DNA of 60,961 nucleotides, counting the filler, from Nemertoderma westbladi (taxonomy: Eukaryota > Animalia > Xenacoelomorpha), in the NCBI GenBank assembly GCA_032718475.1. It is 2 parts of 2 records of this genome, joined end to end, with 100 filler letters (N's around TTAATTAATTAA, not from the genome) between each part and the next. Parts side by side here need not be neighbours in the genome. Positions count along the whole stretch, not along the records: positions 29,627 to 60,961 come from JAUCBJ010007592.1; 1 more part is not named here. One strand, given 5' to 3'. A program made the position numbers and the translations under genes. The notes beneath the pieces are model-generated. The model was given only the letters and a program-made list of their open reading frames with translations. It had not been told where the DNA came from and made no database searches. Below are positions 43,378-56,000 of this stretch, in pieces (the stretch's first letter is position 1; each line of letters opens with the position of its first letter).

Positions 43378-44253
43378 ATGCGTTCTTCGTCCGGATTGCC
43401 AGTGTCCGGGAATCCCACAATGTCCGGATCTACTCCAGTGTTGCATACGCCCCCACTCCCAGTGTCCGAGTCCGGGAATCACCCAGTGTCCGCGTCAAGG
43501 AATCGCCCAGTGTCCGAAACTCTCCCTGTACCATCCGCCATCCTTGCCGACGGAATCGATTTCGGATCTCCCAAATTCTGCGCATCCAGATGTCTAGAAG
43601 TCGGCGTCAAACGGATTCTCAAATCGCGACACCAGAGAGCCGTGCACACAATAGAAGCCAAAGAATCAGAGAAAGACAACTTGAAAAACACTGTAGACAA
43701 GTTCTCATCTATTATTAACTCTCTAGACCAGGGTTCCGGGGTTATGGACACGACCGCATATGATCCGAATTCAACTCCAAATATCAGCAATGATCCAGTC
43801 ATTCCCATTGATTGTAAAGTACCTACGATTGAATCTCAGTCGAGTAAAAAACCACCAAAGAAGGACATTCATATATTAACTCAAATGGACCAATTACAAG
43901 ACGGCCCGTTTTCGGTGCTACACAGGGCTGTACGTCATCGTATCCCGGTTGTCATAGTTATTCGTTCCTTTAGAGGCGTTCGCGGGGCCCTCTCGGGGTA
44001 CGTTGAAGCATTCGATTTCCATTTAAACGTTGCAGTAAGTGATGTCGACGAGGTGTTTAAGCCAGTGGCCAAGGGGATTAACTTCTACGTGGATCCTCGC
44101 CCTTCTTGTTTCGAGTTTATCTCATGTTTGATCGACGATTCTCAGCGTTTAGCCACGCCAGGTTTACGCCGTCGCCACGTAAATCAACTCTTTGTGCGAG
44201 GCGACCAAATTGTATTTGTGAAATTAAAGTTTGAAATTAGCGAAGGTAAATAA
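43378..44253 (+). CDS. LSM11: U7 snRNP-specific Sm-like protein LSM11, 291 aa, single coding exon
   Basis: IDFGSPKF (LDFxSxxF-like), HILTQM..GPFSVLHRAV, VIRSFRGVRGALSGYVEAFDFHLNVAVSDVDEVF (Sm1), long spacer, RHVNQLFVRGDQIVFV (Sm2). First ATG at 43378. CCAAT and CACGTG at about 43313-43323. Confidence 0.9.
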   Translation: MRSSSGLPVSGNPTMSGSTPVLHTPPLPVSESGNHPVSASRNRPVSETLPVPSAILADGIDFGSPKFCASRCLEVGVKRILKSRHQRAVHTIEAKESEKDNLKNTVDKFSSIINSLDQGSGVMDTTAYDPNSTPNISNDPVIPIDCKVPTIESQSSKKPPKKDIHILTQMDQLQDGPFSVLHRAVRHRIPVVIVIRSFRGVRGALSGYVEAFDFHLNVAVSDVDEVFKPVAKGINFYVDPRPSCFEFISCLIDDSQRLATPGLRRRHVNQLFVRGDQIVFVKLKFEISEGK

Positions 44254-47200
44254 TTTTCGATTTGTTCTTCTAGTGTTTAAACGCAACCGGGATCCCCCGC
44301 TCGGGATCCCGATTTTCGGGATCGGGATTGCACTTTTCAGTATATATAACTGTGTTAATTAAAAACGTGTTTTTGGAAAAATTATATCACTTAATTCACA
44401 GTACTGAAATTTTAGTGAGATAAAATTATATTATAAATTATTTATCCGGCTATTCGATATAATCAATACATTTAGGTTCTGGTTCATATATCCATCGGAT
44501 ATTCAATAAATTTACCTACTATTTATACTTCGGGATCCTGTTCCAAAAATGTCGGGAGCGGGATGCAAATTTGGCCGGAATCCTTGTTTTTCGGGATCGG
44601 GATCCTGCTTAAACATTGTTCCTATGTGTATTGTGGGTGTGGCTGCTGTTTAACCATTTTGAAATCACTGATATTTAAATACTTTAAATTGTAATGATGT
44701 TCTATGTTTTTATTACGAAATTGCAAAGTTTTGCTATTTAATTTAATTATTTTTCATATTGTCATTCACCTGGTTTGTTACACGTACACGAACGAGCGTA
44801 GTGAGTGACTGAAATTAAAACCACGAGGATAATCACACTGTAATGATTATTTACATAACCCCGCGTTTAAAGTTGCACTTCACTCCCACAGTCTACTTAT
44901 ACTAGGATTAATTTTTAATGATATTATTTTGTTTGTGATGTAATCAAGACGATGGGAATTTTCTAGTTCAGTCTCGTTTTAAAGTTGCTCAATGCTGTAA
45001 GTAAAGTCTTCATTTCTGCTCTATTCTATTTAACCAGACGCTGTAATGAGGACGTTGTTTTCATAATCACCTATCTATAAATGGAATGTATACCAACGTG
45101 TTGAAAATGTAATGTTAAAAATTCGGAATAATTTTAGTTTATTGGATAGTTAGTATTCCGGTAAGTGCAATAATAGTTTATTTTTTACTGGATGCCATTT
45201 TCACATTTTGATATTCTGGTTCTCCGTATAAAATACGTTATAATACAATAATTATACATCCGGTGTTATTGGGTGTGTTGTAGTGTTTGCACGGGATCAG
45301 ACTTTTCGGGATTTCCGGGATCGGGACCGGGATTAACACTCTCGGGATCCCCTTTTTCGGGACCGGGATTATCATTCTCGGGATCCCGTTTTTCGGGATC
45401 GGGATTGCAATTTTAGATTAAATTCCTTAAAGTTAATAGTATATATCGCGGGTTTTGGGTAACACTCACTTTATCTTACATCCCAGGGTCGTTCTCACAA
45501 AAAGTGGCCAAACTTTTATGTCATAATGGCCATGCATTCGCACGGTTATATTTCCAAACGACACAGATTTAACCCCATGAACCTATATACCAATCGGAAG
45601 AGCGGAAATCTGCTCATATTTCAGCAACTTTTCAACAGATTCATTCACAACCTAGAGAATGACACCATTTCAAATATCGAAAATGCATGTTTTTTGAAAC
45701 GAAGCTACTCACATTTTATATATTTACTATTTACTAACAATAAGTTACGCAGTCACTAGGATTTTGTCCACCATGTAACGCTTGTTTTCAGGACATGGTT
45801 TTTTTATATTTATTCACAACATCTCCGAGTGAGATATTTCTAAACGGCGATTTATTTAGCTATCAGCAGGTAAAAGAATTATACGAATTCGTTAATTAGA
45901 ACTCGATCATTGTGCGAAAACGTAAATCTACATAAAATACCGTCATTAGGAATGTCCTCAATGTAACGCTACTTTGAATAGCGATAACTTTTGCTTTACT
46001 AATCACATCAACACCATTGAGGGCTCATATGAAAGAGCAATCGCAGATCTATCGAATCACATATTTTATTTTAATATAGTTTCAAAACAGACTATAGTCA
46101 ACGCCATGCTAATGAAAAATGTCTTCAATTTCCACATGTAACGCTGTCACAATCAATAGCGTTACACTTGAGACATGTCCAGTCCACCATGTAACGTAGT
46201 TGGACATGAAAAGACCTAGCAGAACAAGTGGCGTTCCTTTTTACAAATTAGGCATTCAGGGTCAAATTAACAATAGTCGATGGTTTCTGTATTTCAGTAT
46301 TTAGTATAAACTAAGACTGTTACTGCCGTGCAATGTAAAAAGACCGCAAGTCACAAAAAGTCATTTCGAGTAAAACGCAAATTAGTGTTTGCCTTCAGAT
46401 TGTTGGTTTAAAATGTCCGTAAATTACTAATTTTTAATAACCCTACGCAATTGGGGGTGGGAAATTTTTCTACGTGATTCTACGTTTTCACTTTCCATTA
46501 ATATTTTGACTTCAGGGTTATTTTTTGTACTTACGGTCTTTTTGCATTGTACAACCTGCATGTAAATACACGATACAATGCAAAAACAAATGTCACAATA
46601 ACAAAACAAATGTCACAATGACAAAACAAATGTCACAATGACAAAACACTGCAAGTCTGTCAGTTGCGGTGTATTGTTATATTGTTAATTGTATAAATTT
46701 AATGCTCAAATTGGGGGGGGGGGGGGGGGGGCAACAGCACCTCGGTTTTATTTGTAAATAACTCAATGTGGTTGCATAAACAAAAAAAACTTGGGGACGA
46801 GGAAATATTATGAAATAAAAAAAACTGCCCGAAATTTGACGAAGTTTATTAAATTACCTGTCATATGAAGCGAAAATTACAAAAAACGGTTAAAGAGGAA
46901 CGTAGTGTTTTTTGCGTGAAAAACTTTCATTCCGAGAAAATTGCCTTGAAAGTTTAAACATTCACAAAACTGCCTGTATGGGGTCTGGTTGGTTGTGTGC
47001 GTGTGGCATGAAGGAAGTACACCACAGAGCTATAATATTCATTATGGTGGTTTTCGAGGTCCGTGATTTCATATCCAATATCATTTTTATGTTCGGTATA
47101 ATCTAGTCTCTTTGACTATTGGTCAGCCTGTGGCTGGACTTAACATTATGACTTTTTTAAATTTTGATCTCCCTTAAAGCACTTAAGAAGGGGTTCTTGT

Positions 47201-47544
47201 TATGGTGTAGGGCGGGTTGACCTCAGGTGACTAATGGAATTATTAACAACAGTTATTACAAACTTTCTCCCATCAGGGCTTCTTCAGGTAATTTATGAAA
47301 ATGCATACAAACAGATCTCGCCAAGCCATTTTCATATTTGAAATCCCATTAAATTATGCTCTAGGTAAAATAAAGCTGATAATTTGAAGCGAGGGCTAAG
47401 TTATTAAAAGTAATATGTAATATGCTTAATTATTAAAAGTGTAGGTCACGTTTACTTGTTGTTTATCTTAAATCTATTAAATATCCTGACCTGGGTAATA
47501 CTAAATAATTTTAATTTAAAGTTTTGTTAAAAGTTGTTGTTTAA

Positions 47545-49680
47545 CCCTATTAGTACCGGGCTATAAAATGATGTACAGTACAAATACCGGGGGGGGGGGG
47601 GGGGGGGGGTCATATTGATCTCTCCCTCTAAAATCTACAAATATTAACGAAAACGTCTGATTTTTTGTTTGTACGTAGGTATCACTAGTCTGGATCCGAC
47701 CGAAAAAAACAATTTTCGAAAAAATGTACTGGGGTGGTAATATTGCAGCACCAAAATTACAAGTAGTGCACAGTTTTCACAAAATTTGAAAGTTACATTT
47801 TTCGGCTAATTGTTTTTCAATACAGGATTTCTGGGGCGCAAAATACATTGTAAAATATTTAAATATGATATGATTACCATAAATGGCTGTTTAGTCCTCT
47901 ATGCGTAGGAAAAAAATGAAAAAAACAAGTAACCAGCACTTTTCAGTTAGAACACAAAATTTTTAATTCACTTATACGATGCTATAAATTCACATTTTCA
48001 GGTTTTCTAGGGCGCTGATTCTAATGGAATACGTTGCTACTTGTATTTTTCGGCGTAATTTGGCAAATTTTGGAAAATTTCGCACCCATCACCAAAAAGT
48101 ACAAGTTTGCGATCTCCAGTGCTGTTTTTATTGATTCCATCGGATTCAAGACCCTCATAAACCCGTATAACGCAAGAAACAAGATGATACTATATCTACT
48201 GATCAATTTACTCATTTTCCAAAATTTGGTGCTGGCACAACAATTTTCACCCACCGGCGAAAAATACAAGTTTGAAAACTCTTATGAAATTTTTACTGAT
48301 TCCATTGAATTCAGAACCCTAACAAACCCGTATAACGCAAGAAACAAGATGACACAATCAATTGATATATTTGATGGTTTTCAAAATTTGGCACATTTTG
48401 CACCCGCACTTCCGAAAAATACAAGTTTGAGATGTCTAGTTCGATAATTATATATTCCATTGAATTCAGAACAGCCATAAACCTCTAAAATGCAAGAAAT
48501 AAATTGTCACAAGCAATTTTATCTATTGAATGGATTTTCAAAATTTCGTGCTAGCACCAAAATTTGCACACAGCACCGAAAAATACAAGTTTGATACGCT
48601 TGGTGCAACTCGTATATATTTCATCGAAACCAGAACCCCAAAAAACCCCATTTGCGTAAAAAACAAGTTTCAAACAATCAATTTACAAAATTGACATATT
48701 TCAAAATTTGGTGCTATGGCACCAAAATTTAGCACCCGCCGAAAAAAACAAGTTTGAAATTTCTAAATCAATTTATATGAATTCCATCCAATTGCTAACA
48801 CCAAAAAACCGGTTTAAATAAAAAATAGAGATGTTACAATTAATATTTAATGAAATGTAATTTTCAAAAAACGTCTCAAAAAAAGTGCCAAAAGTAGGGT
48901 TAAAAAATGGTGCTAGAACTCGAAAACTACCCAATATTTTTTAAATATGGGTATCACCTTTTGTTTCTATGGAAACGTGCGTCACAGCTCCAATACAACT
49001 ACTGTACTAACCATCTTATATTGCTACATATAAATGCTGTTTATCTCCAGTTTCAATCTTAATTACACTAAATTTCAGGCAGTTCCTAGGGAAAGGTCAT
49101 CTTGTTGCTATGGACACGTGTATCAGCGCCAATGTTATTACTAACAATCTTCTTTTGCTAGACAGGCTGATTATCCCAAGTTTCAATCATGATTTCATTA
49201 AATATACAGCGGTTGCTAGGGAAAGGTCACCCTGTTGCTATGGAAACGTGCATCAGCCTCTGAGTCATTACTGTAACAATCTTATATTGCTAGTCAGGTT
49301 GATTATCCCAGGTTTCAATCATAATTTCATTAATTATACAGCGGTTGCTAGGGAAAGGTCACCATGTTGCTATGGAAACGTGTATCAGCGCCTATGTCAT
49401 TACTAACAATCTTCTATTGCAAGTCAGGTTGATTATCCCAAGTTTCAATCATAATTTCATTTATTATAGAGCGGTTGTTAGGTAAAGTATCCTTGTTGAT
49501 ATGGAAACGTGTACAGACTTATATTATAAACTAACCCAGTTATATAATCGTAATTTTTGTATATGGCGAGTTTCAATAACAGAATCGACCAATTTTACCC
49601 GGTTGCTATGAAAAAGTCACCCTGTTGCTAGGGAAGTAATAGTCAATTTTTTTGGTACACAGGCTCAGATTAATCTACAC
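47545..49680 (+). mobile_element. piggyBac-like non-autonomous element with internal tandem subrepeats
   Basis: TTAA|CCCTATTAGTACCGG start. About five diverged units of about 160 bp (ACAAGTTTG at about 48100, 48266, 48421, 48584, 48749), then about five units of about 131 bp (48960-49640). Right end not identified. Confidence 0.5.
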
Positions 49681-50020
49681 ATTATGCATTAATTTGCATT
49701 TATGCAAATACATTATGCATTTATATCATACATTACATATGTAGTAACATATGTAGTGACACACTTTTGTCCGGTAATTAACGATTTTCACCTTAAGCGA
49801 CCCCACTATAATACTAACGGCATTATGGGTAGGCTAATGTTACAATTTTGGAATAAAAATCATTCTTGTCATTATTATATTATCTGGTTCATATAATAAT
49901 AACTGTAAACAGTGTTTATCTAATAAATGAGTTACAGATTGAGTTAAAATACCGGTAAGAACTTAATTAACTAAATACCAAAATTTTGAATATTTTAGGT
50001 GAGCATAGCATAGCAACGGT

Positions 50021-53000
50021 TGTTGTTACGGTATATGGCGCTGTATCCATAATATTAGTCATCATGCAGTATGCAATATTAGTCCGTTATGCAGTATGCA
50101 ATATTAGTCCGTTATACTGTACGTAATATTAGTCCGTTGTGCAGCATGATATTTTAGATAAGGCATAATAACGCAGTGGTATTTAGGTAGGGAAATCGAA
50201 ACACCCATATATTTGAATCCATCCATTTTGTATAGTATGTAGCCCTACCTACGTAATTTTGTATTAGGTTATATGTAGATAGTTCCAGGGTAAGTTTATT
50301 CGGACCCTGGATTCCGTGCTTGCTGATATTAGCTTTAGTAGGGCTAGCATATAGGGACGCTGTCCTGGCCATTCAGCAGCCAGAGACGTGAACCATTACC
50401 ATATATGGTAATAATTCGAGGAAAGGGAAGCAAATAGGGCTACAATCCGGCCTCCTTATTGGACTAGCTGCTTCCAGGTTGGTCTAGTGCTAGCACGGAC
50501 TGGAGAGCCAATAGGAGAGCGATTGAGTCACCCTATTGCATCACCCCATCCGGATCACCTATAAATTGGCGGTGTGCCGGTAAAGCCTCATCTTCTACTC
50601 ATCACATGACACCTAGCCCTAGCACCTGTCTTGCTGTTTTTTCTTGATATTTTCTGCAATTTGCTAATTTGATTAATTTTCGTGAAATGATTTGCTAGTG
50701 CGATTACTTGCTTGTGTTTCTCAATAATTCCTTTGATTGCTGCTAATTACAATTGAACTATGATTTCTACCTTTGATTAATGGTTCTATGTGATTCTTTC
50801 TGCGCAATAATCCTAAGGGATTCTGAGACTGTCAGACTTTGTGATTTGCATGCGCCGCTACGGTAGCTATTAGCATCATGGAGAGCTAAGGTGCCAGTGG
50901 GCGGTGGGCGCATCGGGGGGTTGAGCGACTAGGAGAGAGCGGAGGATTCAAAGCGAGCAACGCTGGCCAGGGTCACCGTTGCGGGCGGGTAACTTGCACT
51001 GCGGCACGCAGACCGATCGCCGGTACAGCAAATTAGGGGGCTGATGATCCAGATTTTGTCTCTATTTGGTATTAGGGGGGCAGGAATTGGGTTAGTTAGG
51101 AATCCTAGATGTACCTGGGAGAGGCCTGCGCGTATTACAACGTTGAGTGTGGAGTACGAGTAGTGAATTGCACAATTGTAAACTGTGATTTCTAACGCTG
51201 ATTGGTGTGTTATTGAAGTGTGCCTAAGATTACGAATGCTTAGATAGGCGCTCTTTTCCTTTGATTGATTTCTATTTCTTAGTTACAATAATTAGTTATT
51301 GATTAGGTCAAAGTAATACGGCAAATTAGGCTATTACTATCGAAACCTGTTGCGTGATAAATTAGAATTACGTATTCTGGAACTCTTAGTAATTAGTACG
51401 CTGTTAAATATTTGTGACTGTAATTAATTAGTAAAAAATTAAGAATTAGTACGCAGCATAGCGGAGAGTAGCTAAGGTAATAATTAGTGTACTGTAAACT
51501 ATTCACGCTGAGCGGTTATTTGCATTAGCGGGCAATCAGCTAGAACGCACTATTCGGTACGCACGATACGCTAGTAATTTTGCTGGCCTAAAGCCAGTCG
51601 CGGGCAGTTTTAGACCCGGGGTGGTATTATCCACGTAGAAACAGATACTGTACCGTTTTGATATTTTAAATATTCTCGCATTCACACATTACGTTAGGGA
51701 ACCTCCAGTATTCGCGATTAGAAAGACGTAGATAATAGCGTGCTTTAATAAGTGATAGAATTAGGCGTAAGAATACTCTGAGTGCAAGGCCTCTCGCACT
51801 CGTCTTAAGTAAGCTTAGGGAGCCGACTCGGGTTTATTGTTTTGGTTATTCCCGCGTGGCTCATAGATTCGAACAGTTAGCTCTCTATCGAGCAATCGGT
51901 AGAGAAAGGAACAAGCGATTTTGCAGGAGTTGTGTAAAATTAGTAAAATATATTAGTGGACGGCAGATTAGCGCCATCTAACGGTAAGTAGCGGTTTTGT
52001 ATTTAGCAACCCTTACAATTTAGTAATAGCACGCTCCTGATCCCCTTTACTTAACAGTAGAGCAGTCTTTGTGTCTTATTGGTTAGACGAGAACTTATTA
52101 GGTTGGCAGAGAAGTATACCAGTATTTGTCTGTTCAACAGTTCTGCTGTTAGTATAGAGGTCGCGGTTGTTTATCAGTAATACGCGCATTATTGGCTGTA
52201 GGCCGTAGCGTACAGTCAATATAGTATTCTTAGGCTGATAGAGTATCATAGTATTAGGCAATAAATTGGAGCACGTGATCGTCTGCTGTAGGCTATAGGC
52301 TAGCGTACAGTAAGACATTGAGTTTATTCTATTAGGTTGTTAGTTTAGATTACTGTATTCACTGGCTGCGTACGATAGTACAGTAGTACATTAGGCTGAT
52401 TGCTGTTACTGCGTACGGTAGAAGGGACATTTGTTTTGCCGTACCATACACAGTATCATTAGGCTGTTAGGTTGGTGTACTGTTTTACTTACTGTACTGC
52501 ATACAGTGGATGTACGGTAGTGCGTTTTGCTAATTGCGAATACAGCAGTTCCTTAGGCCTTAGGGCAAATTGTAATTAGTAAGTTTTTTGAAAATTATTA
52601 GCTAGGTTTGCGAGAATTCAGTTTTCGGTCAAAATTATTTTGTAAAATTCTAGAGTTTTGTACCGGTATGTTAGGTAACCGCTTAGTTATTTTATACCAT
52701 CTGGAGATACATGGCAAGACGGAACTTCTGAGTTTGGGGTTCGTGTGGGTCTGCGGGTTCGGTTTGCAATCAGCGAAGGGCCTGAATCTTTGGACGCGGA
52801 CGTGGAATCTCACAGCAAACAAGGTTAGTTGTTCTGTTGGCACCAGTGTGTTTGTGGAAGCAGTAAAAAATTATCGGTTGTTTAACTGCGAAGCTGAACT
52901 CAATTTATTAGTTAGGTTATTTAGGTTTAGCCGGCCATGGTTTTTTGAATCGCTCAAGTTAGAGAGAGAGTTAGAGAGAGTCGCAACCCGAAGATGTAGC

Positions 53001-56000
53001 CACGCGCTAGTGGATACATATAATATTTGAAATTAAAATTACGTTGATTAGAGCTATATATATATAGAATTAGAAATATTCGGGCGGCAAGTATATTTTG
53101 AATATTTTGTATTAGATTCAGAGTTATTTTGTGCTATACCGGTATTTAATATTATATAGTAGCTATATAATAATATTTTTGTTTAAATATTGTGCTAGTA
53201 TTTGCTATAACTATATACCCCATTAAATTCACAATATTGCATTGCGAATTTATTTTGACATTTTGGACCAACTGATTATTTGACAAATAATTTGACCGTA
53301 TTTCGGTTAAATTATAATTATATCTCGAACTTTTGCGAGATATTTTTGCCGGAAGGCAAATATTATTTAGACTATGAGTGTCTCAGACAAAGAGGCACTA
53401 GAGGACAGCTACGAGACGGCGGCTGGACCGCCGACTGACGATAGCGTAAATATTACTGTTGACGACAATGCCGACTATGACGACGCAGCGAGCGACGCTG
53501 ACGTAAGTGAACAGGAGGACGAGACAGTGACTAGTGAGGAAGAACAACAACCTCAGGTAATAGTATTAGGATCCCCTACCGCTACTGTAAGGAAGGATTG
53601 TACAGCAACCCGGACAGAGGTGAGTGATAGGGAGGGTAGTGTAGCAGAAGCGAGAGCCCGGAACCCGGTTTCCAGACCTGTGGGTATGGTAAGTGCCGTG
53701 GTCCCGACGGCTGTTAGGAGTACCCGTAGTTCCCGAAATAACCCTTCAAGTCCACCGAGCGTAAGTCAGGTAAGTGATAGAGAGTTCGACACTGCGATGA
53801 AGAAGAAACTTCGCGCGCACGCCGGACATATAACTCGGACGGCGGACAAGGTAAGGAAGATGTTAGCTGACTCAGCGAACATCGGGAGGGTAGAGTTAGT
53901 AGAGGTTAGAAGAGGATATAACTCAGCGTTATTCAAGCAGACGGAGGAGCTTGCAGTCCTAGCGAAGAAGGCAGTAGAGTCTCAGTCGAGCGACGTAGCA
54001 ACGAGGATTTACGACAGGGTTTTAGCAGCCTTGTTGGAGCACCGCGAGTTATCGGAGCGATTCCGACGAGTTAGGACGGAGAACTGGCTGCTATGGGCAT
54101 CACAAGCGCAGGCGACTCAAGTGAGTGACGCAGAGCTGAGAGAGTTAGTGGAGCGAGAAGAGATCCAGGACAAGGAGGAGCGCAGGTATCAAAGGGAAGT
54201 TACTAGCTGGCTGATGCAGAATGGAGTGGTGGTACCAGGTCAGGTGCTACCGACGACGGAGAACATCCAACAGAGGACGTTGACTCCACCCGATGATGCA
54301 TCTAGAGACAGCGGCGATTCCCAGGTTAGTCACGCGCGAGGTAAGGTAATATGTGCTAGATCCCTTGTTTCTCACAACTCGGCAGAGGAGAGAAGACGCC
54401 GACTAGACGAACAGCAGGCGGAAGTTTTGCGTGCATCGGAAGCACGGAAGGAAGCCGAGCGGGAACGGGAGCGAACACGTAAGTTAGACGCAAAGTTGCG
54501 AGAGTTGGAAGAGAAAGGTAAGCGCGAGCAAGCGGAACGCGAACGCAAGGAACGCGAACTCCAGCTCGAACGCGAACAGAAGGAACGCGAACTCCAGCTC
54601 GAACGCGAACAGAAGGAACGCGAACTCCAGCTCGAACGCGAACAGAAGGAACGCGAACAAAAGGAATACGAACTCCAACTCGAACGCGAGCGCAAGGAGC
54701 GCGAACTTGAGCGCGAGAGGGAGCGACGGGCGTTGTATGAAGAGAAGGCGCGTGTGGAAGAAGAGGGCGCAGCGAGACGAGCGAGGGAAGAAGAAGAACG
54801 TAAACTGGCGCAGTTGGAAAGTGCGAGATTAAGTTTAGAGAGCGAAGAACGGACTAGGAAGGCGAATGAAATCGCCGAGAAGGGGATGCGAATGATCGAA
54901 GAATGTGGGGCGAGTGTAGGTACTGAGTTGCGAGAACTGTTCGCACTGCAGAAGGCCGAACAGGAAGCGAGAACTCCGGCTATACGCGAGTCGACGACGA
55001 CCAGAATTCCTATACCCGGTCCAGCTATTACGAGTACACGGATCGCTAAACCGTTCTCTACATATCGCACGCCAGTTGGTATTAGTGCTTCACCCATCGC
55101 GCAGAATCCACGTCATCGGAACATCGCACCACTACACACCGAACACGACGATGAAGAGTTTAGAGAAACTCCGACGGGACGAGTACTTGGCGAACCGAAC
55201 CCGCGGGTTTGGAATACGCGGACGGAGCGCCGACCCAGTTCGACGGAGAACTTCCGGGTTAAACCGGAAGAGGGATCATATGAGAGACAGCGGATTACTC
55301 AGATAGAGCCGACTATACAACAGAACCCTAGCCAGGAATTTATTACGAGGGATGAGTTAAGTGCTAGTTTAGCGCAAGCTATATCGCCGCACATCCAACC
55401 TATAACGGACATGCTTAGCAACCTAAGGTTAAAGGAAGCAGCCCAGGTAAGAAGTAATTCTAATCCCAGCAGGCCTGAGTTAGATAAAGTCCAGCCTAGT
55501 CAACGAGTACGCATATCGGAGGAGACTATACCACATAGACCTCAGGTAAGGACGCCTGTCCCGAATATTCATAATCCCAATTTCGAAAACTCAGCCGAGA
55601 AATTTATTGAGGAGGCTTGGGTCAGGGCCTCGGCGCGCAAACCATCGCGAGCGCTAAGGACTGACACTGAGTCAAGCGATGAAGAGGAAGAAATGAGACG
55701 TCAGAAGTCCCGAAACTATAAGGAAAGAAGGACCGACGCGGAGCAGGTAAGTTGGAACCACCGGGAAAGGACCAGACTTAATAACCCTGCGGAACTAAAC
55801 CATTTGTTAACCCGGAATGACGCAACCCTTAGGGACATAGGTAAGTTTGCTGCTAGGCAAGGACTGCCGACGCAACAACCCCAGAAGTTTATGGGCAACC
55901 ATAAGCACTGGAGGACCTTTAAAACCTATGTCGACGAGCAGCTAACCAACAGCACCTTTACTCCCAACGAGAAGTTCAACTATTTGCTTCAGATGCTCCA

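Noticed and set aside
48034-48447. 137-aa ORF, and ORF 49110-49406
   Set aside because: Chance frames across non-coding transposon subrepeats.
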